DNA from: a virus
DNA: 64,000 nucleotides
IMG/VR virus record: IMGVR_UViG_3300031994_000034
Reading direction: 5' to 3' (one strand)
The notes under the pieces were generated by a model, which worked only from the letters and a program-made list of their open reading frames with translations, was not told the origin of the DNA and searched no databases. The translations under genes were made by a program, and so were the position numbers. Of this stretch, positions 9,331 through 17,800 are shown piece by piece (positions within the stretch are counted from its first letter, which is position 1; each line of letters opens with the position of its first letter).

Positions 9331-10845
9331 ATGGGAAGAAAAAAGAAAGAGAAGAGTATCACCGTAGGTATCTCCGACCTCATCTACCAGCCGCACAAGA
9401 TGTCGCGTCTGCCGGCGCTCGACAGTCGCGTGGCCTCGCGCACCATCCTTGCCATCCTGCAACGTCTGCAGGGACTCTTCGCCCTGGCCCGTGCTCAGGA
9501 ACGCGACCCGCAGCTTTATCTGAAGTTCGAGACCGACCAGTTCGAGGTGAAGAAGTCGGCCACCAGCAGCTTCGAGCGTGGCGACGTGTTGTTTAACCTC
9601 TCCCTCTCCGACATCGCCGAGCCCAACCACTACCCGGAGGTCCGTGCCGCTCTGAAGGGACTGGAGCACGTCAAGGTACTCGTGCCTGTCAAGGAGGAAC
9701 CGGGCAAATACCGCACCTCCTCGCTCATGGACATCAAGGGAGAATACGATGCCGACGGCAATCTCATCGGTACCAACTTCTCCGTTATCGTACCCCGCAT
9801 CACCGCCGAGAACATCCTCGACATCAACCTCCTTGGTGGGTTTAGCAGATTCTTACTTTTCACCGCTTCACAGTTCCGCAGCGACTACGGCTACACGCTC
9901 TACATCCGCCTCTCCGACGAATGGCGCCGCTATGGCGACGTCTTCGAGATAGGCTACGAGGATCTGCGTCAGAACATGGGCTTCGTCCTGGAGAAAGAGG
10001 AATACAAGGACAAGGACGGAAAGGTTAAGGAGCGCATCATCGACCACACCAAGAAGCACGCCTCCTGGTCGCTCTTCTGCCGCTACGTCCTCAACCAGGC
10101 ACAGGAGGAACTGCAGATGATGGCCGATCGCCAGCCGCCCGTCACCGACTTCACCTTCTCCTACGAAGGCCTGCTCAACGGTCAGCCTTTGCCTAAGTAC
10201 AAGCGGCCCGACGCCATCCGCTTCACCATCCACCCCACCGCCGTAGGTCGCAAGTTGGCTGCCGATACGGCCTTCTCTGCCCAGAGCATTCAGGCTCGTC
10301 GCATGATGACTGACATCTTCGGTCTCACTGAAGGCCAGGCTCGCACCTTTATGCGCCGCGTCACCCCCGACAATGTGGGCGACCTCCTGCGTGTGATGCA
10401 GCAACTCCAGTCTGACCTCGATGCCGGACGCCGCAAGGCCAACAACCGCACCGCCGTTGCAGTCGATGAGATAAAGAAGTTCCTCAATAAGCAAAAAGAG
10501 GATGCCATCATAGAAGCCGAGGAGGTACCGACTACTCAGTGTAATCCGACTATTCCTCCGGCTACTCAGAGTGTAGAATCCGAGACCGTCGCCTCTCCCG
10601 ACTCCCGCTGGCAGCAGTTCATCGACCAGGTGCTCGCCGACTGCCCCACCGACAACGATCGCGCCATGCTCGGCCCTTTCCTCCGCGAAAGAATCTGTCA
10701 GGCCGTCTTTGCCGACGACACCCTCGCCCTCACCGTCGGCACCCAAGCCTCCTACGACTGGTTCCGTGACTCCTACGGCTCCTTCTTTGCCAAGGAAAGA
10801 GAAAAGCACCTGCCCGGCATTGAGATAAAATTTTTCCTCGACTAA
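9331..10845 (+). CDS. putative iteron-binding replication initiator
   Basis: 504-aa ORF directly downstream of the iteron array. The N-terminal ISDLIYQPHKMSRLPALDSRVASRTILAIL resembles Rep_3-type initiators. The call is mainly positional. Confidence 0.5.
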   Translation: MGRKKKEKSITVGISDLIYQPHKMSRLPALDSRVASRTILAILQRLQGLFALARAQERDPQLYLKFETDQFEVKKSATSSFERGDVLFNLSLSDIAEPNHYPEVRAALKGLEHVKVLVPVKEEPGKYRTSSLMDIKGEYDADGNLIGTNFSVIVPRITAENILDINLLGGFSRFLLFTASQFRSDYGYTLYIRLSDEWRRYGDVFEIGYEDLRQNMGFVLEKEEYKDKDGKVKERIIDHTKKHASWSLFCRYVLNQAQEELQMMADRQPPVTDFTFSYEGLLNGQPLPKYKRPDAIRFTIHPTAVGRKLAADTAFSAQSIQARRMMTDIFGLTEGQARTFMRRVTPDNVGDLLRVMQQLQSDLDAGRRKANNRTAVAVDEIKKFLNKQKEDAIIEAEEVPTTQCNPTIPPATQSVESETVASPDSRWQQFIDQVLADCPTDNDRAMLGPFLRERICQAVFADDTLALTVGTQASYDWFRDSYGSFFAKEREKHLPGIEIKFFLD

Positions 10846-10865
10846 GCCTGCGTCTTACCCCTGCG

Positions 10866-10910
10866 CCTTGCGGTTTCCCCGCCCCTGCGCCTTGCGGTTT
10901 CCCCGCAAGG
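10866..10910 (+). repeat. tandem CCCCTGCGCCTTGCGGTTTCCCCG units ending in hairpin CCTTGCGG-TTTCC-CCGCAAGG
   Basis: Two adjacent copies. The palindrome at 10890-10910 is the same one found inside the RT and primase genes. Confidence 0.85.
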
Positions 10911-10953
10911 AAACAAGCAAGAGAGGGCCGCAACCACCTGGCACGCTGCCAAT

Positions 10954-10984
10954 AAAAAAGGCGGCCACACCGACCGCCTTTTTA
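10954..10984. terminator. bidirectional intrinsic terminator
   Basis: AAAAAAGGCGG-CCACACCGA-CCGCCTTTTT, with an A-run on the left and a T-run on the right. Confidence 0.6.
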
Positions 10985-11195
10985 AGTTGTAGCTTTGCAT
11001 AAGAAGGTAAGAGATTGCACAAAGGTACGAATAAGCGAGCATAGTACAAAATAAAAAGGCAATTTTCTTTCGGAATATTGAGCGAAAGTACCTTCGACGA
11101 TAGTCAAATCGCACGAAAAAACGCAAAATCAAATACGAATTAACAGATTTTAACCAAACGAAAACACGCCCTCTCGGCTTTCTGATTACTCTGCC

Positions 11196-11807
11196 TCACT
11201 CTCCACTCTTAACTCTCTTCTCCCTCCTCTGCCATTCCCTCCTGATGGCATCCACATGGTAGCTTGGTGTCTTCGTTTCCTCGCAGAACGCCTCCACCAT
11301 CTCCTTGGCCGGGTACCTGCGTCCGCCCTGTTCCTCCGCATATTTCTGGTCGAAGTCCGCCACTGCTGTCCAGAACGTCTTGCGCACGATGCCCTGCAGC
11401 TTCGTCGCCTGCTGTCTGCCGAAGCTCACGTCCCACGTCCACGGCCTTACTACGCCGAGCCGCGTCAGGCACATCTTCGGGCACTCGATGGGTACGAACA
11501 GCGCCAGCTCATCGCGTGTCACGCCGTACAGCTCCGCTGTGGCCTCGGCATCCAGTGTCATCCCGGCCTCGATGCAGTTCCGGCGTGTCACGCTCATGCT
11601 GCCCTTCACCTTCACCGGCTCCATCGTGTCCTCCGCAGCCTGCATCCTGAAGGTTGCCTTGGCTCCCGGCAGGTGCTGCAGGCTCACCACCCGCCGCCCG
11701 TGCGCCGTCACCTCGCCGCCCAGCTCCCGCTCCAGCCAGCCCTGCATATAGTCCGTCACCCTCAGCCACGCCATCGCCGGCTGTCCTCCCTTGCTGTTGT
11801 TAGCCAT
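11196..11807 (-). CDS. hypothetical protein
   Basis: ORF 11196..11861. The ATG at 11807 (MANNSKGGQP...) lies downstream of the minus-strand -7 box. Confidence 0.6.
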   Translation of the reverse strand: MANNSKGGQPAMAWLRVTDYMQGWLERELGGEVTAHGRRVVSLQHLPGAKATFRMQAAEDTMEPVKVKGSMSVTRRNCIEAGMTLDAEATAELYGVTRDELALFVPIECPKMCLTRLGVVRPWTWDVSFGRQQATKLQGIVRKTFWTAVADFDQKYAEEQGGRRYPAKEMVEAFCEETKTPSYHVDAIRREWQRREKRVKSGE

Positions 11808-11832
11808 CGTTCTGTCTTTGGTTTCTTCGGCA

Positions 11833-11840
11833 CAAAGATA
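11833..11840 (-). promoter_or_regulatory. -7 box TATCTTTG (minus strand)
   Basis: The reverse complement of caaagata is TATCTTTG, 26 nt upstream of the ATG at 11807. Confidence 0.45.
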
Positions 11841-11872
11841 CAACTTTTTTCTGAGCTTCAATCACCCATCGA

Positions 11873-12068
11873 AAATTATTAGAAAACGCCCCAAATTATT
11901 AGGATTGCCCCATTTCTAATAATTTGTCTAATAAAATATCAATCAACGACTTACGCCAATTTTTGCCATTTTCAATTATTAGAAAAGAATATTTTGTAAT
12001 AGATTGGCACACAAAAAGATACATCACGTTTTGAGGCAAATTATTAGAAAATGCCCAAATTTTAGGTA
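11873..12068. promoter_or_regulatory. operator-like AAATTATTAGAA repeats
   Basis: The 12-mer (or a near copy) occurs at about 11873, 11973 and 12037 in forward orientation and at about 11915 inverted. Two copies extend as AAATTATTAGAAAAyGCCCnAAATT. Confidence 0.35.
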
Positions 12069-12444
12069 AACTATAAAAAACATAAAAAACTGCAGACACA
12101 ATCTTATTACTTCACAATCCTCATCACGTCGCGCAAGAGCTCCCCGTACTCCTCAATTAGTAAAAAGACATTTTCAAATAAAAGGAAAATGTTGATATAT
12201 AAATAGTTATATATATAGTATAAATAATTCTTTAATATTTTTACTATACTTTATAAATCAAAAAAACCTCGAATAATTAAAATTCTACAATATAAATAAC
12301 ACAAAATCAGCGATTTGTGCCGTATTTGCCGACTTAATATCTCCCGAATATCCTGATATTTTTGCGGCGCTTTTTGGGCCGCTGCGTGTAATAAGTGTTT
12401 AATCTCTTGCGCGTTATGCTGAAAACCCGTACCTTTGCATCGCA

Positions 12445-12597
12445 AACACAAACTGAATAAACCAGAGGTATCCGACCAAAGAACCACCGACCGTGAGGTA
12501 CGTTTCATGTTGTAATTCATAAAAGACGACGGATTTCACCACTTCATCCGTCAGCCGTCGCGCCGATGTTGTAGCTTTCTTTGGCGCGGCGGCTTTC
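12445..12597 (+). ncRNA. candidate small RNA
   Basis: TACCTTTG at 12430-12437, no ORF, then two hairpins (GACGGAT..ATCCGTC and GCCGTCGCGCC..GGCGCGGCGGC) followed by TTTCTC. Confidence 0.25.
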
Positions 12598-12795
12598 TCA
12601 ATTCATAGTTCATAGTTCATAGTTCATAGTTCACTTTTCTCAATTCATAGTTCATAGTTCATAGTTCATAGTTCACTTTTCTCAATTCATAGTCCATAGT
12701 TCATAATTCATAGTCCATAATTCATAGTCCATAGTTCATTTCAGTTCACTTTTCTCAATTCATAGTTCATAGTTCATAGTCCATAGTTCCGCTCG
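12596..12795 (+). repeat. largest heptamer array (AGTTCAT/AATTCAT)n with higher-order TTTTCTCAATTCATAG units
   Basis: About 200 bp of 7-nt units punctuated four times by CACTTTTCTCAATTCATAG. Confidence 0.9.
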
Positions 12796-12906
12796 CTCGG
12801 TTTTCTGATTACTCTGATTACTCCGAGTATTTCGAGTATTCGGCCCGACCTTCCCCTGTGCGCCAGCCCCATTTTTCACTTTTCACTCTTCACTTTTCAC
12901 TTTTCC
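12796..12906 (+). repeat. composite cassette: 9-mer block plus GC segment plus (TTTTCAC)n
   Basis: CTCGGTTTTCTGATTACTCTGATTACTCCGAGTATT..CGGCCCGACCTTCCCC..TGCGCCAGC is near-identical to 2256-2320. It is followed by TTTTCAC x5. Confidence 0.85.
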
Positions 12907-12969
12907 ATTCCTCCCTTGACTCCGCAGCTCATTATACCGATATTACCACCAAAACAAACCCATACCACT

Positions 12970-13590
12970 ATGTACGAAGAATACCAACTCCATTCAGACC
13001 CGGCATCGCCCTTCTATCACCAGTGGCCACAGGCTCCTGCGCCGTCCGACGGTCCCGACTCGGACCGAATCGGCTGCATCGCCAGCATCATCTCGTGGAC
13101 CATCGCCTTTGTCATCTTGTTCATCCTCTGCGCACTCTCCTCCTGCCGCTCCACGCGCACCGTCGTCGTCGAAGCGCGCGACAGCACCTCGACCCACGTC
13201 CATACCAACACCGTCTTCGTGCCCGACACCATCCTCGTGCCCCTGCCGCCCGAGCGCGTCGTAGTCGTGGCCCCCGACACGGTGTCCGACCTCCGCACCT
13301 CCGTGGCCGAGAGCCATGCCGCCATACGCGGTGGGCTCCTCCACCACGAGCTGCGCAACCTCGACGCGCCCCTGCCCGTGCCGGTGCAGACTAAGGTCAT
13401 CACGCGCGACAGTATCGTCTATCTCGAGCGTGAGGTGCCAGTGCCATACGCCGTCGAAGTCGAAGTGCCGGCGCCCCTCACCTGGTGGCAGCACCTCCGC
13501 CTCTGGCTCGGCAACATCCTCCTCATCGCCCTCGCCCTCGCCGCCGGCTACGGAGCCTTCCGCCTTTGGCGCAAGTTCCACCATCTCTGA
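12970..13590 (+). CDS. membrane protein (two hydrophobic segments)
   Basis: ATG at 12970 within ORF 12916..13590. Hydrophobic segments IASIISWTIAFVILFILCAL and LGNILLIALALAAGYGAF. Confidence 0.6.
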   Translation: MYEEYQLHSDPASPFYHQWPQAPAPSDGPDSDRIGCIASIISWTIAFVILFILCALSSCRSTRTVVVEARDSTSTHVHTNTVFVPDTILVPLPPERVVVVAPDTVSDLRTSVAESHAAIRGGLLHHELRNLDAPLPVPVQTKVITRDSIVYLEREVPVPYAVEVEVPAPLTWWQHLRLWLGNILLIALALAAGYGAFRLWRKFHHL

Positions 13591-13690
13591 GTACTCGGAA
13601 TACTCGGAGGACTCAGAAAACTCAGAGTACTCGGAAAACTCTGAATACTCGGATTACTCGGAATACTCTGAGTACTCCGATTACTCCGAA
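13589..13690. repeat. 9-nt array (TACTCnGAn)n
   Basis: gagtactcggaatactcggaggactcagaaaactcagagtactcgg... about 11 units, self-complementary through GAGTACTC. Confidence 0.9.
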
Positions 13691-13694
13691 AACA

Positions 13695-13726
13695 AAAAAG
13701 GCAGCCCGTCAGGACTGCCTTTTTTC
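13695..13726. terminator. bidirectional terminator between convergent genes
   Basis: AAAAAAGGCAG-CCCGTCAGGA-CTGCCTTTTTT. Confidence 0.6.
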
Positions 13727-13737
13727 TCCACTCTCAC

Positions 13738-14034
13738 CTACACCCTCAGCACGAAGTCGTCCGCCCTGAGGATGCAGCAGTCGCGCAGCCGCCGTGTCTG
13801 GCCGCTGGCCGTGAACTGCACCAGCCGCGAGGGGAACGCCCCCGGCCCATCGACATCCACCGCCACCGTCACGCATTCCTCACCCAGGATGCAGTCGCCG
13901 TTCGATGCTGCCACATACCACACCTTCCACGGTACCCGTTCATCTACCATCGCCCACTTGCCGTTCACCTTTTGCCGCGCCTGCCTGGTGCGCTCCGCCA
14001 CCATTCTCAACTCAGATAATGCTAACTGTTTCAT
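13738..14034 (-). CDS. hypothetical protein
   Basis: ORF 13738..14076, ATG at 14034 (MKQLALSELRM...). Confidence 0.5.
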   Translation of the reverse strand: MKQLALSELRMVAERTRQARQKVNGKWAMVDERVPWKVWYVAASNGDCILGEECVTVAVDVDGPGAFPSRLVQFTASGQTRRLRDCCILRADDFVLRV

Positions 14035-14091
14035 GTTTCTATTTTTTTCTTCTCGCACAGATACCACAGATACCACAGATTTTTTATGGAA

Positions 14092-14577
14092 TCAGCCCAG
14101 CCCTTCGCCGCTGCCGCCCTGCGTGTCGCCGCCCGAGCTGGAGCCGCCCTGAGTCGTGCCGCTATCGGTATCGTCCTGGTTGTCGTCATCGTCAGGGTCG
14201 TCTTCGTCCGTGATGAGCTTCACACTCATCGCCTGGACTATCTCGCGCATCTTCACCGAGGCGCGGAACACCAGTTTCTTCCGCCTGATCTTCACGTCCG
14301 CCGCATCGTCCGCCGCCACCGTCGAGATGCTGGGCGACAGCGTACCGATACCCAGGTCCACCGACCGTCCGTCCTTAATCGCGTCCTCCACGGCCAGCAC
14401 CATGTAGCGCAGCACAATCTCTGCAGTCGCCTGCTGTAGTCCCGTCTCGTGACTGATTTCCTTAGCCAGCCGCTCCAGTGAGAACGGGTCCGCCAACCGG
14501 CGCCGGCCCACGAACTTCACTTCCTTCTCCTTGCCGAAGCCTATCTTCGCCTCGGACTTGACATAGTGCAATGCCAT
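14092..14577 (-). CDS. HU-like DNA-binding protein with acidic/Gly-rich tail
   Basis: The core LAKEISHETGLQQATAEIVLRYMVLAVEDAIKDGRSVDLGIGTL resembles Bacteroidota HU-fold proteins. The C-terminus reads DDPDDDDNQDD..GGSSSGG. Confidence 0.6.
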   Translation of the reverse strand: MALHYVKSEAKIGFGKEKEVKFVGRRRLADPFSLERLAKEISHETGLQQATAEIVLRYMVLAVEDAIKDGRSVDLGIGTLSPSISTVAADDAADVKIRRKKLVFRASVKMREIVQAMSVKLITDEDDPDDDDNQDDTDSGTTQGGSSSGGDTQGGSGEGLG

Positions 14578-14938
14578 AATTTTTCCGTTTTTTAATTATT
14601 AAAATTAGTTAAACCTATGTGACAAATCGGGCCTCGATGCCCAAAATACCGTTTCGCGCCCCTCAGAAGATGTTCATGTTGCTCGCGCAACACTCGAATG
14701 TTACCCCCGGTAATACTCGAATATTGTGCCGACAATACTCACATCTTCCAGCGAGACCATCCAAAAGATACACTTTCAACCGCCGCCCAGCAAGGGCGAA
14801 CTGAAGAGGGACAACTGAGTGTTGTCAATACGGGGTGATAATTTCACACAGATACCACAGATTACACAGATTTTTATGCTTTTCAACATAAAATAGAAAA
14901 TAGTTGGAGAAAGATTTGCACAGATAAAAAATGTATTA

Positions 14939-14946
14939 TATCTTTG
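14939..14946 (+). promoter_or_regulatory. -7 box TATCTTTG
   Basis: 27 nt upstream of the ATG at 14973. Confidence 0.45.
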
Positions 14947-14972
14947 CAACCGAAAACAAGCTACAGCGGATT

Positions 14973-15488
14973 ATGGAAAGAAGAGAGATTAAACTACCTG
15001 TCACAAAATTGAAGGGTTATCTGAATGAGGTGGGCATCCCCGTCAAGGTGCTGGCAGAGATGGCCGACATCAATCCCGTGCATCTGTATAAGTGCTTGGC
15101 CGGGGAGGTGGACGAGCGTAATGGTTCTGTGCGTACTCTGAGCGACGAGAATGTGACACGTCTGCAGGAGGCTTTGCACCAATTTTCGCTCCGGCTAAAG
15201 TACATCTTTATATTTTATAATACCGACAAGGAGGTGCGCAAGCGGAATGGACGCTGCTACTGTCCCGACTGTGTGGAGCAGATTAAGACGCAGTTGGCTC
15301 CGTCGCTGAGCATTCTGCCGTTCATGCACTATGCGTTGGGGTGGAATCGTAGTAAGGTGCGCAATGTGATGGACTTCAAGAACAGCATCGCCTATGGCAA
15401 TATCAGTCGGGACGACGTGGACCGCATCAACGTGACGCTTGCCGAAGTCGCTACCCGGCTTGACATATTAACCCTGATAAAAGACTGA
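14973..15488 (+). CDS. hypothetical protein, possible HTH regulator
   Basis: ATG at 14973 within ORF 14931..15488. Segment VKVLAEMADINPVHLYKCLAG is HTH-like. Confidence 0.55.
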   Translation: MERREIKLPVTKLKGYLNEVGIPVKVLAEMADINPVHLYKCLAGEVDERNGSVRTLSDENVTRLQEALHQFSLRLKYIFIFYNTDKEVRKRNGRCYCPDCVEQIKTQLAPSLSILPFMHYALGWNRSKVRNVMDFKNSIAYGNISRDDVDRINVTLAEVATRLDILTLIKD

Positions 15489-15520
15489 CTTCCTCTCTTT
15501 ATATATATAATAAGGTATAG

Positions 15521-15562
15521 GGCTTCGTTGCATACTTTTTATTGCAACGGAGCCTTTGTTTT
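15521..15562 (+). terminator. intrinsic terminator
   Basis: GGCTTCGTTGCA-loop-TGCAACGGAGCC followed by TTTGTTTT. Confidence 0.65.
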
Positions 15563-15599
15563 ATTTTTGGGGTTGCTATTATGTAAACACCATTCAACG

Positions 15600-16010
15600 C
15601 CTTTTCGGTTCCAGCCAAACCACTCTATACATGAAGCGCACCCCGCGCCTCGCTCGGGGCCTCGGGTGGGTGCCGACCCCTTTTAGGGGTCGCATATATG
15701 CCGACCGACCGACCACCGACCAAGCAGCGCCCCACTCCCCATAGGGAGTGACCACCCACCGATGCCGACCCCCCTCCCTAATGCGCCCACCTAACGCAAG
15801 GCTAAGACAGCCCCAGAGGGGCAGTCTTAAAAGTCCGATTTGGTGGGTCGGTTGTCGGACTGGGCAGCAGGGTCGGCCATCCCCTCCATGAGGGGATGAT
15901 GCCTTATGGGGTCGGCAAGGTAGGACGGATTCGGGGCAACCCCATAGGGGTTGAGGTTAGGCTGGGGGTCGAAAGCTGCCGATGGCGTGGACGCGCGCGA
16001 GGCCCCAACA
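15600..16010. repeat. ORF-free GC-rich block with GCCGACC / GGTCGGC motifs and CCCC-loop-GGGG hairpins
   Basis: TGCCGACC appears three times forward (about 15670, 15699, 15763). GGGTCGG-type copies appear four to five times inverted (about 15845-15970). Hairpins include GACCCCttttaGGGGTC, CTCCCCataGGGAG, CATCCCCtccatgaGGGGATG and CAACCCCataGGGGTTG. Confidence 0.6.
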
Positions 16011-16083
16011 CTTTTTTAACATTCCGAAGAATGTTAAAACAAGTGTTAAAAAATATTTCCTCATGACGCGCGCCTCGGAGTCG

Positions 16084-16091
16084 TAACTTTG
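16084..16091 (+). promoter_or_regulatory. -7 box TAACTTTG
   Basis: Upstream of the ATG at 16146, preceded by an AT-rich hairpin with a GC clamp. Confidence 0.4.
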
Positions 16092-16145
16092 CAGCGGCAA
16101 TCGGCCAAAGACGGCCGACCCACTAACGATAAAATTTTCAATTTT

Positions 16146-16847
16146 ATGGCAACTCAAAATTCCAGCCGTGCCCTTAAGGGCAACACCGAGAGCAAGAACG
16201 CTGCAAAGCAAGTGAACAACCAGCCCGCAACCCGTAGGGTTGTCGAGACCCGAGCCATGTGGGATGTGATTTTCAATCACAGCGTCTCGCTGGTGGTGGC
16301 CTATGCACGTGGCCAGAAGCCGACCGACCCTCGCAAAGGCTTTGCCTTTGAAGCTATTGCGACCCAGCCCCACAGTCGAGCCTATGCACAAAACCTCCTC
16401 AGAGGTTTTGTGACAGGCAAGGCCGGCAAAGTCCTGAAGGACTTTGATGACCTATCCAAGGCCGAAAGCCGTGAGAAGATTGCTGTAGCAATCTTGCTCG
16501 ACTGCAAGTTGGCCAAGGAGGGCACCGAAGGTGCCAAGCGCATCTTGGGCAAGGCCACGCCCCAGCGTGAGAAGGCATTCGCCGAGGCAGTTCTTACAGA
16601 ACTGAGCAAACCTACCGAGCAGCCTACTACCCCCAAGGGGGGTAGGGCGAAGAAGTCCGACGACAAGGCTACTGCCCCTAAGGGCAGTAAGGCCAAGGGC
16701 GAGAGCAAGCCTAAGGCTACCACCCCTAAGGGTGGTAAGGCCAAGAGCGAGAGCAAGCCTAAGGCTACCACCCCTAAGGGTGGTAAGGCCAAGAGCGAGA
16801 AGGCAACTGCCCCTAAAGGGGCAAAGGCTAACGGCAAGGCCAAGTAA
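16146..16847 (+). CDS. Lys/Ala/Pro-rich histone-H1-like protein
   Basis: ATG at 16146 in ORF 16089..16847. C-terminal tail reads TTPKGGRAKKSDDKATAPKGSKAKGESKPKATTPKGGKAKSESKPKATTPKGGKAKSEKATAPKGAKANGKAK. Confidence 0.7.
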   Translation: MATQNSSRALKGNTESKNAAKQVNNQPATRRVVETRAMWDVIFNHSVSLVVAYARGQKPTDPRKGFAFEAIATQPHSRAYAQNLLRGFVTGKAGKVLKDFDDLSKAESREKIAVAILLDCKLAKEGTEGAKRILGKATPQREKAFAEAVLTELSKPTEQPTTPKGGRAKKSDDKATAPKGSKAKGESKPKATTPKGGKAKSESKPKATTPKGGKAKSEKATAPKGAKANGKAK

Positions 16848-16884
16848 GTAAGCCTACGGCTTAACGGCCTACCCAGTACAGCCC

Positions 16885-16911
16885 TCACCCCTTAGGGGTG
16901 GGGGTTTTTTG
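16885..16911 (+). terminator. intrinsic terminator
   Basis: TCACCCC-TTAG-GGGTGGGGG followed by TTTTTT. Confidence 0.65.
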
Positions 16912-16914
16912 TTG

Positions 16915-17800
16915 CCGTCCCGATACGTGGGCGGCCACACACGGCCTGGGCGCATAATGCACGCCCACGAATCGCGATCGCGCCCCCGTTCCTTGGGGGT
17001 AGGGTCTGGGGAGGGGGTCGCTGGGTGGACGCCCATAACGGCTTCGGAACGTGGACGGCCACGGCGCGACGGCATGGGCGTCCACCCGTCGCGACATCGT
17101 GGGCGTCCACATCGTCGCTGGTGGGCTTCCATTGTCGGGCTGGGCTTTGGCCGTCCACCTAAACGCGGAGTGGTCGCCCACATGAGGGGAGTGGCAGCCC
17201 CTAAACGCGAAACGACGTGGACGGCCATAACGCATGAACGTGGACTTCCACCTGACGGGAAAATGGACGGCCAGAGGTGCCTAATGGCCGCCCAACGTGG
17301 ACGGGTGTGGACGTCCATTGTGGAGGGTGGTGGTCGCTTATTGGCCGTCCATTGTGGACGGAAGTGGACGCAGGATGTGGGCAGGGGTGGGCGACCATCG
17401 TGGCCTTATCTGGCCGTCCACATTGGACGCGGGTGGTCGCCCATCGTGGACGAAGCTGGACGCTTATTGGCCGCCCATCGTGGGCGGAGGTGGGCGCAGG
17501 GTGTGGGCTTATTGGCCGCCCATCGTGGGCGGAGGTGGGCGCAGGGTGTGGGCTTATCTGGCCGTCCACATTGGATGCGGGTGGTCGCCCATTATGGACG
17601 CGGGTGGTCGCCCATTATGGACGGGAGTTGGACGGCCACCTATCCGCGTGTTGGACCCCCACCTAAAGGCGCAATGGACGGCCACGCGGGTGAAATGGCC
17701 GCCCACCTATTTGCGTTGGCCGCCCACCTGAAGCGCGCATGGACGCAGATGGACGCGCCTTAATTGGGCGCCCACACACGGTGGGCAAGCCTGCTAATCG
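16915..17800. repeat. dense array of TGG(A/G)CG / CG(T/C)CCA motifs, many as 7-3-7 hairpins
   Basis: Hand count of about 28 forward and about 19 inverted copies. Examples: CCGTCCAttgTGGACGG and CCGCCCAtcgTGGGCGG. A perfect 45-bp tandem duplication lies at 17463-17552. Reading frames are open on both strands with no gene signals. Confidence 0.85.

Noticed and set aside
12251-12520. 89-aa minus-strand ORF
   Set aside because: It lies in the AT-rich control region, overlaps a + strand TACCTTTG promoter and hairpins, and has no supporting signal.
12596-12795. CRISPR array
   Set aside because: The units are 7 nt and contiguous, with higher-order repeats of about 43-66 bp that lack unique spacers. 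No cas genes are present in the window.
13316-14152. 278-aa + ORF with a SEYSEYSEDSENSEYS repeat
   Set aside because: It reads through the 9-nt repeat array and a terminator, then runs antisense to the better-supported minus-strand gene 13738..14034.
16869-17763. Several long ORFs on both strands (for example 16909..17763, 284 aa)
   Set aside because: They are open only because the GC-rich motif array lacks stop triplets. Three or more frames are open on both strands, the peptides are repetitive (GRPxW/VAHxGR), and there is no promoter or start context.
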